Positions 38,670 to 55,333 of a stretch of 61,791 nt of DNA are shown piece after piece. Origin of the DNA: Nemertoderma westbladi (lineage: Eukaryota; Animalia; Xenacoelomorpha); NCBI GenBank assembly GCA_032718475.1, contig JAUCBJ010004045.1, positions 1 to 61,791 on the forward strand, read 5' to 3'. Position 1 is the stretch's first letter, and every line of letters starts with the position of its first letter. The notes beneath the pieces are model-generated. The model was not told where the DNA came from, did not search any database, and saw only the letters and a list, made by a program, of their open reading frames with translations. Made by a program: the position numbers and the translations under genes.

Positions 38670-39899
38670 GGACAATTTTGGACCCATGCCATTGGCCCGA
38701 AGAGCCAATGATGTCCAAAATTCCGTGCGAGTTGCTGGAGTGGGTTTTGGAGATGTCATTTGTGGTTTATTCAGGGGTTAACCAGATTTATCACCAGCCA
38801 TAGAATGCGTTGGAGATGGTGGTATACGTTGGTGGTGTTCCGACACTCATTGGCTGATTCTCGTACCGATGAGATCCAGGCCATGGATTCTGGTGACGGT
38901 CCAGCGGCCTGTAGAAGTTCATCGTGGGACTCACAGCATTCCTGAAGTGCGTCTGTTAAGTCCTCAAGTCTGAGTTTGAGTGCAGTTCGCCTTGCCCTTA
39001 GAGGTGTGAGTTTATTCTGTTTATTATCCTTGTGACGCGTGATTTCAAAGTCGTCCGATTGCGTTTAAGGATAATGAGTATGCTTTCGTTAATTTCATTA
39101 CCAGGTGGATGTTCAGAGTTTTGTTCTCTTTTTTGATTTGGTGGAGGAGAACTGGGGAGGAATTCGTCGTTTTCTTTACCTTGGTCCTGGGGTTTGAATC
39201 CGGGGAATGTGTTGGCCATCTCTGTGTCCGATTCAGCATTGGAAGTAGCTGGTTCCATGATTGGAGTTGCAATAGAAGGTTTCCAGCCAATGTACCATGT
39301 GGTGACTGTGTGAGGTTGCCAACCTTCAGGGGGGGGTGTGGTGTGATGTGGTAAAATAGAGTAGATTTTGTTCAGTGGTTTCGGGTTGATTGGAGAATAA
39401 AAATACGCCACTTTGAGTATAAATAAAATGTTTATTTCGTTTCGTTAATGTTAATAAATAAAAGCCGGCAGAAAATCAGAACACGGTAAAAAATGAACAT
39501 GGTAATGCAGTGATGCAGAAATGACTAGTGCTGTAGTGAATGTGCAAAGGGTGCACCAATATTTATACATAAACCACTATGGAGGGGAAGTACAATTAAA
39601 CAATTAGGCCAATAGGATGCAAGCAATATATGGTATGGTAGTGGAGGACATAGCAACCAATGAATGGTACGGTACGCCTAACTAAACAGGCAATTATACA
39701 AAGGGGGTCAATAATGTAACAACAGGGAAGGCCATGTAAGGAATGTAATAATTGGAAGCACAGAATTATACAGAGTGCCAATAATATAGCGACGGAGGGT
39801 GGCCCTAAGGGAATTAAATGTAATGTATAACATTGTGAAATAGGGTGATATTGAGTTTACGGGTGAAGGTCCACTACAACATGGCTCAAGAGCGCGACA
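38670..39899 (-). mobile_element. BEL/Pao-like LTR retrotransposon 5' remnant (LTR 39899 to 39298, PBS, gag start)
   Basis: Minus strand TGTCGCG...CACCACA with internal AATAAA, immediately followed by TGGTAC (PBS-like); then MEPATS...LKRNRTTLKSRVTRIINRI...RLEDLTDALQECCESHDEL...AWI coiled gag N-terminus. Confidence 0.65.
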
Positions 39900-40594
39900 A
39901 TATATGAAAACAAAAAACAAATGAAATTATATTTTTTTCACTTTCGAATTTTGCATTTTTTGATCAGATGTTTTTATACTGATATAAACAGGAACATGCT
40001 TCAAATTGCTAATTTCCACGTCTAACATATAGGGATGTGAGTTTTCCTAAAATATCTTTTTCAAGGAAATTTCCGAATAAGTACATATATTTCATCCGTA
40101 GTTACGACCACAAAGGCAATACAACGAACCACCTAAACATATATCTCTAAGCAGGAATCCTTTGTTTCTAGTGTTTTAGTGTTTACTCTACATAAGTAGA
40201 ATTACGTTTTACTATATGTAATAAAGAAATTAATAAAATAGGAAATTTACGATAATTTCCAAAGATTTTCTGACTCACATCCCTACTAATATATTTACAT
40301 TCAGGTTTCTTTGAAAGGTATTTGCAATAAATAGTAAGTCGAAGTAATAATTTTTTTTTAATTTTAATAATTTTTAGCAAAGTAGTTTTTACAGTGTACT
40401 GTATAATGTATATTATTAAAGTATTTATTTAATTAGCGGGCAGATTTAAAAATTGTGTATTTAATCTCCCTTATTATTCCACTCAATCATTAGCTGGACG
40501 ATTTATTACAACACATTTGTGTATTTAAATTACCTCCTATATCAACCAATCGCTGGGGGGTGGGGGGGGGGGATAAAATCATATAAATGTATAT

Positions 40595-40752
40595 TACCTA
40601 GAGGGCAGCCAAAGCGGGGGTGTTTAGAGCAAATAATGTCGCTGCGCCTACTTCTAGACTATGCTTTGTTTAATAAACAACAATTGTTTGTAGTATTTGT
40701 TGATTTTAAAAAGGCTTACGACCGAGTTCCGCGGCATGGTTTATTAAATTGT
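40595..40752 (+). pseudogene. LINE RT fragment cut by the piggyBac-type MITE
   Basis: GCLEQIMSLRLLLDYA...LFVVFVDFKKAYDRVPR. Confidence 0.8.
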
Positions 40753-40756
40753 TTAA

Positions 40757-42180
40757 CCCTATTAAACCCGGGGGGGGTCAATATGACCCCCTCCCCGTGG
40801 TTTTTTTATTATAATTCTGAAACAAACGCAGTTGGGAATCTGAAATTTTCCTCATGACTTTTCCTAAAAATCTATTTGTCTTCGTAGTAGTGAAAACCGT
40901 TTTCAAAAAATATTTGGTACTTTTCGAGTTATAGCACCATTTTTTAACCCTACTTTTGGCACTTTTTTTGAGACTTTTTTTGAAAATTACATTTCATTAA
41001 ATATGAATTGTAACATCTCTATTTTTGATTTACACCGGTTTTTTGGTGTTAGAAATTTGATGGAATTCATATAAATTGATTTAGAAATTTCAAACTTGTT
41101 TTTTCCGGTGGGTGCCAAATTTTGGTGCCAGCACCAAATTTTGAAATAAGTCAATTTTGTAAATTGATCGTTTGAAACTTGTTTTTTACGCAATTGGGGT
41201 TTTTTGGGTTTCTGGATTCGATGAAATATATACGAGTTGCACCAAGCGTATCAAACTTGTATTTTTCGGTGCTGTGTGCAAATTTTGGTGCTAGCACGAA
41301 ATTTTGAAAATCCATTCAATAGATAAAATTGCTTGTGACAATTTATTTCTTGCGTTTTAGAGGTTTATGGCTGTTCTGAATTCAATGGAAAATATAATTA
41401 TCGATCTAGACATCCCAAACGTGTATTTTTCGGATGTGGGTGCAAAATGTGGTGCTAGCACCAAATTTTGAAAACCATCAAATATATCAATTGATTGTGT
41501 CACCTTGTTTCTTGCGTTATACGGGTTTGTGATGGTTCTGAATTCAATGGAATCAGTAAAAATTTCATAAGAGTTCTCAAACTTGTATTTTTCGCCGGTG
41601 GGTGAAAATTGATGTGCCAGCACCAAATTTTGGAAAATATACAAATTGATAAGTAGATAGTATCACCTTGTTTCTTGCGTTATACGGGTTTATGAGGGTC
41701 CAAAATCCGATGGAATCAATAAAAACAGCACTGGACATCGCAAACTTGTACTTTTTGGTGATGGGTACGAAATTTGGTGCTAGCTGAATAGGCTAGGTGA
41801 TAACTGAAAAGTGCTGGTTACTTGTTTTTTTCATTTTTGTCCTACGCATAGAGGACTAAACAGCCATTTATGGTAATCATATCATTTTTAAATATTTTCC
41901 AATGTATTTTGCGCCCCAGAAAACCTGTATTGAAAAACAATTAGCCGAAAAATGTTACTTTCAAATTTTGTGAAAATTGTGCACTACTTGTAATATTGGT
42001 GTTGCAATAGTATCAATTTTTTCGAAAATTTTTTTTTTCGGTCGGATCCAGACTAGTGATACCTACGTACAAACAAAAAATCAGACGTTTTAAAATTTGT
42101 AGATTTTAGAGGGGGGGGTCAATATGACCCCCCCCCCCCCCGGTATTTGTACAGCATTTTATAGCCCGGTACTAATAGGG
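40757..42180. mobile_element. piggyBac-type MITE, copy 1
   Basis: TTAA|CCCTATTA...TAATAGGG|TTAA; subterminal GGGGGGTCAATATGACCCCC palindromes; internal ~135-bp subrepeats. Confidence 0.9.
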
Positions 42181-42499
42181 TTAAGTAAGGAAGTAAGTAA
42201 CCTAAGAAAGTTACGTTTGTAAGTAAGTAAGTAAGTATAAGTGAATAAAGTATGTAAGTAGTACGTTAGTTAGTACAGTAACTTAAGTAATTAAGTTAGT
42301 GAATAAGTACGTAAGAAATAACCTGATTCAGTTCGCCATTGTCCACGGCGCATCCCATTGTATCCGAGGGTCGAGGATAAAGTGGTGGATCGACCTTAGG
42401 ATGATCTCCCGGGACCAGAACTAGCATTCTAACCCTAAGCTAGAATGACTGGACTAATTAAATATAATTTTAAGTTTATAAGCTGTTTTAAATTTGTCG

Positions 42500-44385
42500 G
42501 AAGTTCAACCATACAAATTGTCATAATTATATAATAAGTAATACTGTAAAAAAGCTTGTAAAAAAGTATGTTTTAAGAAAGTACTGTAGGGAACAAACTA
42601 AGAAAATTAAGGCATCATCCCAGGCATGGAAATCGATCAATCTGCTTACTGGGCGGAAAAGCCAACCAACCACCAAGGTTAAGGCTGAATCACCAGCCGA
42701 TCGCCTCAATGATTGGAAAGCCCACTTTGAAAAGCTCCTCAATAATGACAGGGTATTGCCTGATAACTTTATAGAAGTAAAATTGTCTGAGTCTGTACTC
42801 CCAGATATTCCCATTGGCGATATCTCCTTTGCAGAAGTGAAGGCTGCTGCAAAGAATATTAAGACCAATCGTGCCAGTGGAGTAGATGGTGTTCCCCCTG
42901 AGGTCCTTAAAATACCTGAGTGTTTAAAGCTCATCTATCCCATCATAGTAGACATGTACCGAACAACAAGAAATGAAAACAAATAAGTTGGTGCCAGTTC
43001 CCAAGAAGGGCAACCTAATACTCGATTCTTTTCGGGGAATCTCATTGATCTCGATTGCTGCAAAGCTATACAATAGGATTCGATTAAATCGCATCAGGGA
43101 TCCCATTGAGAGACTGCTCCGTGGAAATCAGAATGGGTTCCGTAAAGGTCGTGGGACCATGGAGCCCATTTTGGCACTTAGAAGGATAATTGAAGAATTA
43201 TCAAAAAAGAAAGACAGGCATCTGGCTGTTATCTTTGTTGACTTCTTCAAGGCCTTTGATTCAGTCTCTCGCTCATGTATGTTCAGCATACTTTCATTAT
43301 ATGGGATTCCTGATGAAATTATTGCAGCAATCAGATCAGTATACGATGGTTCGACAACATTTGACGGTGACACAGAACCATTTGAAGTTGGGGCGTCCTC
43401 CAAGGAGACACACTTGCACCATTCTTGTTCATTATTGTGGTTGACTATATTCTACGCATGTCCTTAGATCATCATAATGATGATGGGGTGATGATAACTC
43501 CACCTACTGGCTCCAGAAGTCGAGGAAATCCTGCCAAGTACCTAACTGATCTAGACTTTGCTGATGACTTAGGAGTACTCTCAGAATCATTAGAGGAAGC
43601 CCAACGGCTCCTCAGCTCATTAGAACATGCTGCTTCTAGTGTTGGTCTTTTTATTAACTCCAGAAAGACCAAAATTCTGACAGTTAACTTTGAAAGTCAT
43701 CAGCAAGTCTCTGATCGAATGAGCATAAGCTCAAAGGATGGTATGCTTGAGCATGTGGACGACTTCTGTTACCTGGGATCATGGATACGGAAGTCAGGTG
43801 AGGACCTTCGAATACGTAAGGGAAAGGCATGGGCAGCCTTGAATAGGCTTTCCAGAATTTGGAAGTCACCGAGAATTAATCGGAAACTTAAGGTCCGATT
43901 ATTTAGAGCAGCAGTAGTTCCAGTACTCCTCTACGGGAGTCCATGCTGGGCTCTAACTGCTGAGGACACCAACTCTCTGGATGGCACATTCACAAGAATG
44001 CTACGCCGGATTCATTGTGTAGTGTACAATGCACACATCTCCAACCAGACACTATATAACATTGGAGGTGTCTCATTGGTTCCCCCAAGCTTGACACTAG
44101 AATAAAATCGCCTCCGCTTTGCAGGACATTGCTTTCGCCGTGAGGACCAGCCAGTGCATAATCTTGTACTTTGGCAGCCTCATGAAGTGAATAAGAATGG
44201 TGGACAGCCCATGACTTTCTTGAGACGCATCTTAAAGGACACTGGCCTTAAAGATGCGGATGATCTAGCAAATGTCATGGGTGATAGGGAGTTGTGGCGG
44301 TGCAATTTTGTTGACAAGCCGGCACAGCATTCCTAAAAATGCAGCTGCAATGCAGCATGCCAATCCTAGTAGTAGTAGTATGTAC
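42500..44385 (+). mobile_element. RTE-clade LINE copy B (longest; frameshifted RT)
   Basis: RASGVDGVPPE, VPVPKKG...FRGISLISIAAKLYN, NQNGFRKGR, FVDFFKAFDSV, DFADDL, YLGSW; 3' end ...GCAGCATGCCAATCC(TAG)n. Confidence 0.92.
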
Positions 44386-44399
44386 TGTAGGTCTGTACT

Positions 44400-45050
44400 G
44401 GTATCTAATAAGTTTACTACTTAAATAGGTATAATGTAAGTTAGTAACTACGTACGGAAGTAAGTGAGTACGTTTATTTACATTTTTGATAATTAAAAGT
44501 ATAACCAAGGCTGTCTACTAAGTAAGTTAGTTAGTATATACTTAAGTGGGTAGGTAAGTATGTACGTACGCAATTACGTACTACGTAAGTTACGAATTAA
44601 GCAAGTACGCATGCAAGTACTTAAGTAAGTTACTAATCAAGTACCCATGTAAGTAAGTAAGAACGTAAATTACTGAGTGTGTAATAAGTAGGCTTATGTC
44701 AGCAAGTGACTTACGTACTTAATTAACTCATTCACTCACTTTCTTACTCACTTGCATAATTACTCACTTATTACCCAATGACTTACGTACTTAATTACTC
44801 TACCTGCCTACTTACTTACCTACCTTCCTACTTACGAATTTACGTACTCACTCAATTACTTACTTTCTTACTTTCTCATTTACTCACTCACTTACATGCT
44901 GTAGTAACATACATAATATTTTAATAACTACAGTGCCTTGTTTGCGGAAAATCTGATTTGTTCTTTCTTACTTACTCACTCACTCACTCACTTACTTTCT
45001 TACTTACCCACTTACTTACTTTCTTTCTTACTTATTTACATAATCACCTA
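44400..45050. repeat. Degenerate (AAGT)n switching to (ACTT)n microsatellite tract
   Basis: Strand polarity flips near 44700; a similar (AAGT)n tract lies at 42185-42320. Confidence 0.75.
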
Positions 45051-45282
45051 CCGATTCGGGGTTTGAGGACGGTGCTGGGCTGCCAAGCAGTATTTAGAAC
45101 AGCATTGGAGCCATGGCTGTACTGGTAGGCCTACTGTAATACTTTTATTTGTGTTTATTTCTATATTATTTTAAATGTTGCTAGGATACACTGTGGAAAC
45201 AGCTGGTGGCGGGTTTGCTATAGTTTTTTTGGTTTAATGTGCTATTATGTGTTTTTTATGTTAATATACTGGGTATCCTACC

Positions 45283-46250
45283 GACTTACTTACTCACTCA
45301 CTCACTTACTTTACTTACCCACGCACTTATTTACTCACTTACTTACTTACTTACTCACTTACCTACTTACTTACTTACTGACTCACTTACTTGCTCACTC
45401 ACTTACATTCATATTTCACCCACTCTCTCAATCACTCACTCATTCACTCACTCATTCATTCACCCACTCATTCACCCACTCAATCAGTCATCCACTCAGT
45501 CACTCTCTCATTCATTCACACATTCACTCATTCATTCACTCACTCACCCACACACTCATCCACTGACCCACTCATTCACCCACTCGCTCGCTCACCCAAA
45601 CATTCACTCACCTACTCACTCAGTCACTCACTCACACATTCACTCTCTCACTCACACGCTCATCACACATTCACTCACTCTTATTAACATACTTTATTAA
45701 AATATTAACGACTTTTTAAAAGACTATTAACAACTTCCTTGCTTACTTTAACTTGCCTTTAAGTTTATAACCCATAGTACAAATTATCCATTGTAGAAAA
45801 ATTTGTCTACGAAAACCATCGGAGTATATTTCGAGTTTAGAATAATTACAAAGACAACAGCCCTAATATTCCGATATATTATTACCATCTCATTAAATGA
45901 TACTCTAGCTGGTGTCGTGGTTGTACGGCAAACCCCATATTATTGGAAAGATGTGCTCTGCATAGAAGGTGTACATTATAAATGTAAAAAACAACCTAAG
46001 GACCACTCTGATACAAAGAGGCCAATGGGCCACAAGGCCACACAGTTAGTGCAGATATATGTTGTAACTGTAAAAAGCAACCTTAGGGCCAGTCAGATAC
46101 GAAAGCAGTCAATGGGCCACAGGGCCTAGAGGCAACATGTTGCCAAGATGCCACTAATGTTGCCATAGGGCCACATTTATATGCTGAGAGGTTGCCAAAG
46201 GGCCACTGCCAATTCTGGAGGGGTGGCACAGTGGCAACATTTATATCAAT
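45283..46250 (+). repeat. Left arm of a long inverted repeat: (CTTA)n/(CTCA)n microsatellite plus ~570 bp of unique sequence
   Basis: 45680-46250 is the near-identical reverse complement of 49132-49705. Confidence 0.92.
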
Positions 46251-46369
46251 ATATATATATATATACAGTACCTTCCCCTCCTAAATTAGGAGGGGAAATA
46301 AATGAATTTGCGAATTATTTCTTTTGGAGGTGAGTTAAATGCATATGCGGTTTATTGTAGTACCCATAA

Positions 46370-47162
46370 TACGACATGACTGGGGAGACAAGAGGTGGGA
46401 AACCATTGGTAAACTTGCATGGTATGGACATAAACGGGAGGGCTGAAGTCGATGAATGAAACGAGGAGGGATTATATTAGCCAGTCAAAATATCAAAGAC
46501 GTTTTATAAATATGTCTTCTTTAGTGAGGAAATGGCTAAAAATTATCTGTCTATGGAATCCATGTATGGATTATTATAACAAAGTTGCACAAAGGGAACG
46601 ACCTTGATAGCGACGAGCAGAAAGAACTACTCGAAGTTTTGTTTCAATTTTCTTGGCATAAAGTTCCAAAACCAGGTAATATAGAAAGCCTGGTGATTAA
46701 AATAGCTATTCAAGAATTTATTCAACTTCCGGCATATATTGTGAAACATTGGCGATTTTGTTTGCCTGCAAGTGACATTTTATTTAAATCTTCCGCAGAT
46801 ATCAATGCCTTATTTTTTTTTACCCAACACCTTAATTGCTTTGGAAACGGCTACACTTCTCATCCAATCTTAATAAATCCCAGCTATTAACCCAGTCTTA
46901 CTTTTAAAAATGCTGATATTTTGATGCTAACCAACTAGAAGACTTCGCTTTATTACTGGATTGAATTTGTTGGTTTCTCAGCAAACATGTTGATTTCTAT
47001 GAAGATGGTGATTTTCTTAGCCCAACCATGCGTTCGATATCTGCCAAGACTTGTGTGCCCTCAGTTCTACTCCCTAAGGGGTATACATCATATGTTGAAA
47101 TGAATGAGGAAGTTCAAAAAAGAATAAAAAACGGGATATCCTGGAATTTTAGTTGTGTGTGG
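46370..47162 (+). pseudogene. Decayed HECT-type E3 ubiquitin ligase domain
   Basis: RHDW...WETIGKL; ELLEVLFQF..HKVPKPGNIESLVIKIAIQEFIQLPAY; C-terminal RSISAKTCVPSVLLPKGYTSYVEM...WNF resembles the HECT catalytic P.AHTC...L.LP..Y.SY motif. Confidence 0.6.
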
Positions 47163-47454
47163 GTCTTGCCAGATTCGCCTCCAAGAAAGAATAGTTCATT
47201 CTTGGCTGGGTTTATGATGGCACACACTTCAACACATGACTGGCCAACACAACAGGGTAATTATCAGCAAGGTTACTACTTTCATCCAGGTACCTACCAC
47301 ACATTGAACTCCGACTGAAGGGACTGTATGGTGGGATTCACAGTGTCACCACTGGTGTCCGTCTGTGTCACCTTGCTGGACTCCCTCATCTGAGAGGATG
47401 GTATCATCCCCTTAGATGAGGAAACTGGAAGCACCATAAGCAGCCATGGTGTAG

Positions 47455-47720
47455 TTGTACTCACTGCAATTGGACGAACACCACCACCAGATTTACTGAA
47501 GATGAATAGATTTGCTCTGGGAGAAAGTGGGACGGATGGATAGGGGAACTTTACCAGCAATCACCACATTGACAAAGCTGCATGGGCTGGTGACGAGGCG
47601 GTTAGCTGCCTCCCTGTTGTTGGTATGGCCCATGAGCTGGCGTAGAATTTGAGTGCACATACCATCAGGACCGCCTGCACTGCTGCATGGGAATGACGCT
47701 ATCAACTGATGAAGTACCTC
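47455..47720 (-). pseudogene. CRE/R2-type RT N-terminal fragment
   Basis: IASFPCSSAGGPDG...FVNVVIAGKVP...ANLFIFSKSGGGVRPIAV. Confidence 0.75.
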
Positions 47721-47759
47721 GGGACAGGGTAATCTCTATAATATAATAGCCGTTACACA

Positions 47760-48472
47760 GCTTCTACTGAATAAAGTGGAGAGGGCTGCTAATGGGGTTG
47801 GATTGCATATAAAAGCTACAAGACAGAATTCATGACATTTAATGTTGATTGAAATTTGACAACAATCGATAATAAATCAACGAAGAAAGGTCGACGACTT
47901 CCAGTACCTTGGGTCATGGATAGAGAGTAGCAAAAAAATACATAAAAGTTAGGAAAGCAAAGGCAATGGTAGCTCAATCAAATATGTATACCATCTGGAA
48001 AACTGACCTCTCTCAAGTACCTGAAGACTATGTTATTTATTTCAAGCCACAGTGGAAAGTGTACTTTTTTGCAGGGGTGAGACCTGGACAAGGACGAAAT
48101 CAATTGAACAATGTCGCTACACAAGATTACTAAGGGCAGCCCTAAACATCATTCAGCTGGAGCCAACACATGACAAATGCCGAGCTTTATGGTACAATTA
48201 ATACCACCTTTATCAACCACTCTCCATGAACGCAGATTAAGATTCAGTGGGCACTGCTGGAGAAGTAAAGACGAGGTCATACCTGGTCTACTTTTCTGGC
48301 AACCAACACAAGGAAAGCGTAGCCGTGGATGACTGGCTATTACATACCGGTATATAGACCAACTTGAAAGGGATACTGGACTTGAGAGAAACCAAATTGC
48401 GAAAACTATGGAGAAGCAGGACCTGGAAGGATCTCATTTCCATTGTCCGAGTTCGTTCGACCTACTAGTAGT
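47760..48472 (+). mobile_element. Divergent RTE-clade LINE 3' fragment
   Basis: VDDFQYLGSWI, RRLRFSGHCWRSKDE, LLFWQPTQGKR; ends in a TAG-repeat tail. Confidence 0.75.
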
Positions 48473-49131
48473 AATTGTATATTAAATATATGTTGCTGGT
48501 TGAGAGAAAAGCGACCTATTACACTGTTGAATGGAATGCATGAATGACAGGTGATGGATTGTCATGGTGTCAAACATGGCGCATATGATGGTATGGCCTG
48601 ACATGGCATTGCAAGGGCACATCATAGCATGGCATGGGATTTAGTTAAATGTAAAGTGTAGCATTTCTAGTTACACATATTATTCCATGCTATCGCTATC
48701 AAACTGAGTTGTGTGCAACGGTTTCATCCAATCATAGAAAGAAACTGTTACTTTCCTCCACCCTCCACTTCCTTTTAAAACTTCTTATAATATGCACACA
48801 GTTAGTTACATACTCATCCAAAGTTTACCTTGGACAATTTCAAAAATAAAAAATTACTGCAAATTTCAATTTACCATTACAAATATGCTTCCTATTTATT
48901 CATATCGTAAAATATATTTTGATTGAAACTTGACAATATTTATATTTCAACCACAGCCAATCTACACAACGGTGAGTAAATTTAGAAAAATAACTTAATC
49001 CCAGCCCAGCAGATATAATTGATGCACTACAACTGCCAGACGGTTATTACCATAATTTATATTCTAATTATATTATATTTATGTAAAAAAAATATATATC
49101 CTTATATATATTTTATATCCTATATATATTT

Positions 49132-52215
<3,084 letters not shown>

Positions 52216-54078
52216 TAGTTCTTAAAAAGTTATTAAAAATTAAGACATTTGCGATGTTAGTTATTCTGTTTTGATAGTATATAGAGTGTATCTAGTGTAT
52301 GCAAGTCTTTCTGTCATCAAACACATTAAACCACATTAAAAACCTAATTAAAACGTATCACGTTAAACCACATTTAAAAAATGAGAGTTAACAACTTAAC
52401 TATTTAACAAAATGACGTTTGGTTAACTCTGGGGGATATAATACAGTCAATATCAATGGAATCTAACTAAAAATAATTCCAGGCTATAATTTGTACGTCA
52501 GAATCTCATAATTTCTAAAACAGATGTAATTTGATATGTAAATGCAGGCAAGGTGCCATTTTTAGAAACACGTAAAAATTGATACAATAACATTTTAAAT
52601 GAATATATCTGGAAATCATTTCTAATAATAAACCATGTTTTCAATCTATTTTATTATGTTTTGTGTCTTTGATCCATGCATGCTTGAATAAATTCAACAA
52701 TTTGTTTTCAGTATGTATCTAGATATGTAAAAGATGGTTCTGGGCCATTTTCGTGTATTTTTAAAAAATCGCATTTCTTGACTCGATTATTCGACTAGAA
52801 TAAATAAAAATACTCGTAAGTTATCGATTTTACCTTTACCGAACCGATAGAGGCTGAAATCCAATCTTAAAAATTGTTTATAAAATTTAAAACATAGAAC
52901 TTCCAAATTTTGAATTTGTTCATAACTTTAGCTACTTTATCGGGTAACATACTATGTACTTAGTATTACCTTTGCAACCCAAAAACATCTATATATGAAT
53001 GTATATATGTCTTTAAAAATAGAAATAATAAAAATAAATTGCAGAATGTTTTTGAATGAAGATTCTAAACAACGTTCCACTTTACAGTTTTTTCAAAAAA
53101 TCAGTTTAAATTTTTCGTGTGCAAAAGTGGCATCTTGTCAACTTCTATATTTAATTGTACATGTTGCCCTAGGGCCACAACTCTATCATTAAGTCTATGG
53201 AAAACTCGAATGTAAAATGTATATATATATCAATAATACGGAATTTTATAAAATTTGATTGACTGTGTAAGATGAAAAAAAATTTTTTAAGTAAACTTTA
53301 TTTTTACTTTATTAAGACGTATAACAAATTTAAAGCATTAGGACCTAGTAGAAATGATTGAAACACCGTTCCGAAACTAACATATACGTGGGTGGCACCA
53401 CGTCAACAATTTCTATGTATTTATATATAAAATATATAATTTATATACAAAATGTACTGTACTGTACGTATATGGATATTCTTATTCCTATTCCTATAAT
53501 TAATTCTTATTCCTACGTTATTTCTATTGTAATAATAATATATTTTTATTAATTTTTTTTGTAACAATATTTTTATTGCCGCTGTGGCAATTCTGTTTAT
53601 GCCCAGGGGCCAACTGAATGTTCATTGAACAGTTTCTCCTTGACTAAACAAAAGATTGTAAATGACTGGAAATCATAATCAATCAGTCAATCATAAAAAG
53701 CGTAATCATTGTCGTTCTAATCATTTTAATAATTCTAATCACTCTAAATCATTTAGTCACTTAATCTAATCACTCTAAATCATTTAGTCACTTAATAATT
53801 ATTTTACAATCCGTAGATATCTTATTTACTATTTGGTGGGCCTCTTTGAGGTTTTCCGCAGGTGCTCTGTTTATTACTATTTGGTGGGCCTCTTCGAGGA
53901 TTTCCGCTCTATCTATTTTTAATGATTATAATATGTGCAATTTGTGATTTTATACCCGGAAATAAATACAAGAATACAGACTTCAGAATTACAAGAAAGA
54001 ACACACACTAATTTTTCTACACATCTTATTGAGGCTGATGAAATTTTTTGTAAGATTACCTTAGCAACCGTATAGCAA

Positions 54079-54327
54079 AAGCAAAGCAAAAAGCAAGCAA
54101 ACAGTCGGCCGAAGCCGGAGGCGACCCGAAGGCTCCTCTTTCGATAGCTGCTACCCGAGGGTAGGGGTGGGTGCTACTCCTATCCCAAGATTTGCTCCCA
54201 GTTATTTAACTGGTACTCATTTCATCGACCCCAGTGGATGAAAGGCTGAGTGGACCCTGGCGGGGCTGAACCTACAACCAATAGATTGCAGGCCCGGCGC
54301 TCAACCAACTGAGCTACCCCGCCTTGG
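54079..54327 (-). mobile_element. tRNA-derived SINE, family A copy 2 (full length, with TSD)
   Basis: 12-bp TSD ACCGTATAGCAA at 54067-54078 and 54328-54339; tRNA-like head, central ACTCAGCCTTTCATCC...AAATGAGTACCAG block, (TTTGC)n tail. Confidence 0.9.
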
Positions 54328-54446
54328 ACCGTATAGCAACATACGTTTAAGATTGGGTTTTACGTTTAAAATGAAAATATATACAATAGATATGCGAAAT
54401 TAATTGTAGATTTCAATTATATTGCAGAAGATGAAATACAGCAGTC

Positions 54447-54634
54447 ATGGGTTGCATTAATTCCAAGCAACTGCAGTTTCCAGGTGCTGGTTGTGTATGC
54501 CAACATCACAATGCTATGGTTGTAGGACAGAAAGCATTTGAAATAATAACTTGTTCTGAGAAGCGGGTCATCAAGAAGACTTGGGCGTTCATATCAAAAG
54601 ACACACAAAGCCTTGGCATCTTACTGATTTTAAA
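54447..54634 (+). CDS. Globin, coding exon 1 (N-acylation motif, A and B helices)
   Basis: MGCINSK... then ITCSEKRVIKKTWAFISKDTQSLGILLILK; donor AA|GTGAGT in phase 2 at helix position B12; upstream acceptor-like ttgcag at 54422-54427. Confidence 0.85.
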
Positions 54635-55333
54635 GTGAGTTCCGTTTAACAAAATAGTACGCTTCCTTAATAACAGTCATAACTTAATAACTATTTTAAT
54701 AAATAAATATTGACAGTCACATAGAGACAGACTATATTGCGCGGGAAGCTTTAAATTTTAAATGCACTCTGAACTATTATTTATGTTTTTTTTCGCCACT
54801 CTAAATGCAATAACTCCGTCATTTATTAATGAATTCGTTTGAAATTTTCAGTGAATGGTCTCGACATATTGACCAAGAACACTTGTACACCTACACAGAA
54901 TTTGGAAATGTTCAGTGTATGTTGTGTTTCGGGCTGATAATTTGGAGAAAAAAAGTTTTTTAGGCTAAAAATACACTGCTAATCAAAATTTCAAAATTAT
55001 CTACGCCCCTATTTAAGTTTTATTGGTTATTATGTCAGGAACACTGTGTGGAAATTGATTAAACGACTTATTGCATTAAGACTACCAATCTGAAAAATTC
55101 AATAAATCTGAAAAATTCAAATAAAATTGATGGGAAATTTAAATTTTTTCCCTGAAAATCATCTAACTAAATAAATAGAAAAAAAAATAAAAAATAAAAC
55201 TAACTAAATACTGTGGCAACATGAAGTTGCCGTACGAAATAAACATTTCGGTATATTACATATTAATAATAATAACGAATGATATTTATTTTGTTAATGT
55301 ATGTAACATTGTACCGGTATTATGATTGTACAG

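Noticed and set aside
45237-45700. His/Thr/Ser-rich ORFs (also 49666-50096)
   Set aside because: These are translations of (CTCA)n/(CTTA)n microsatellites.
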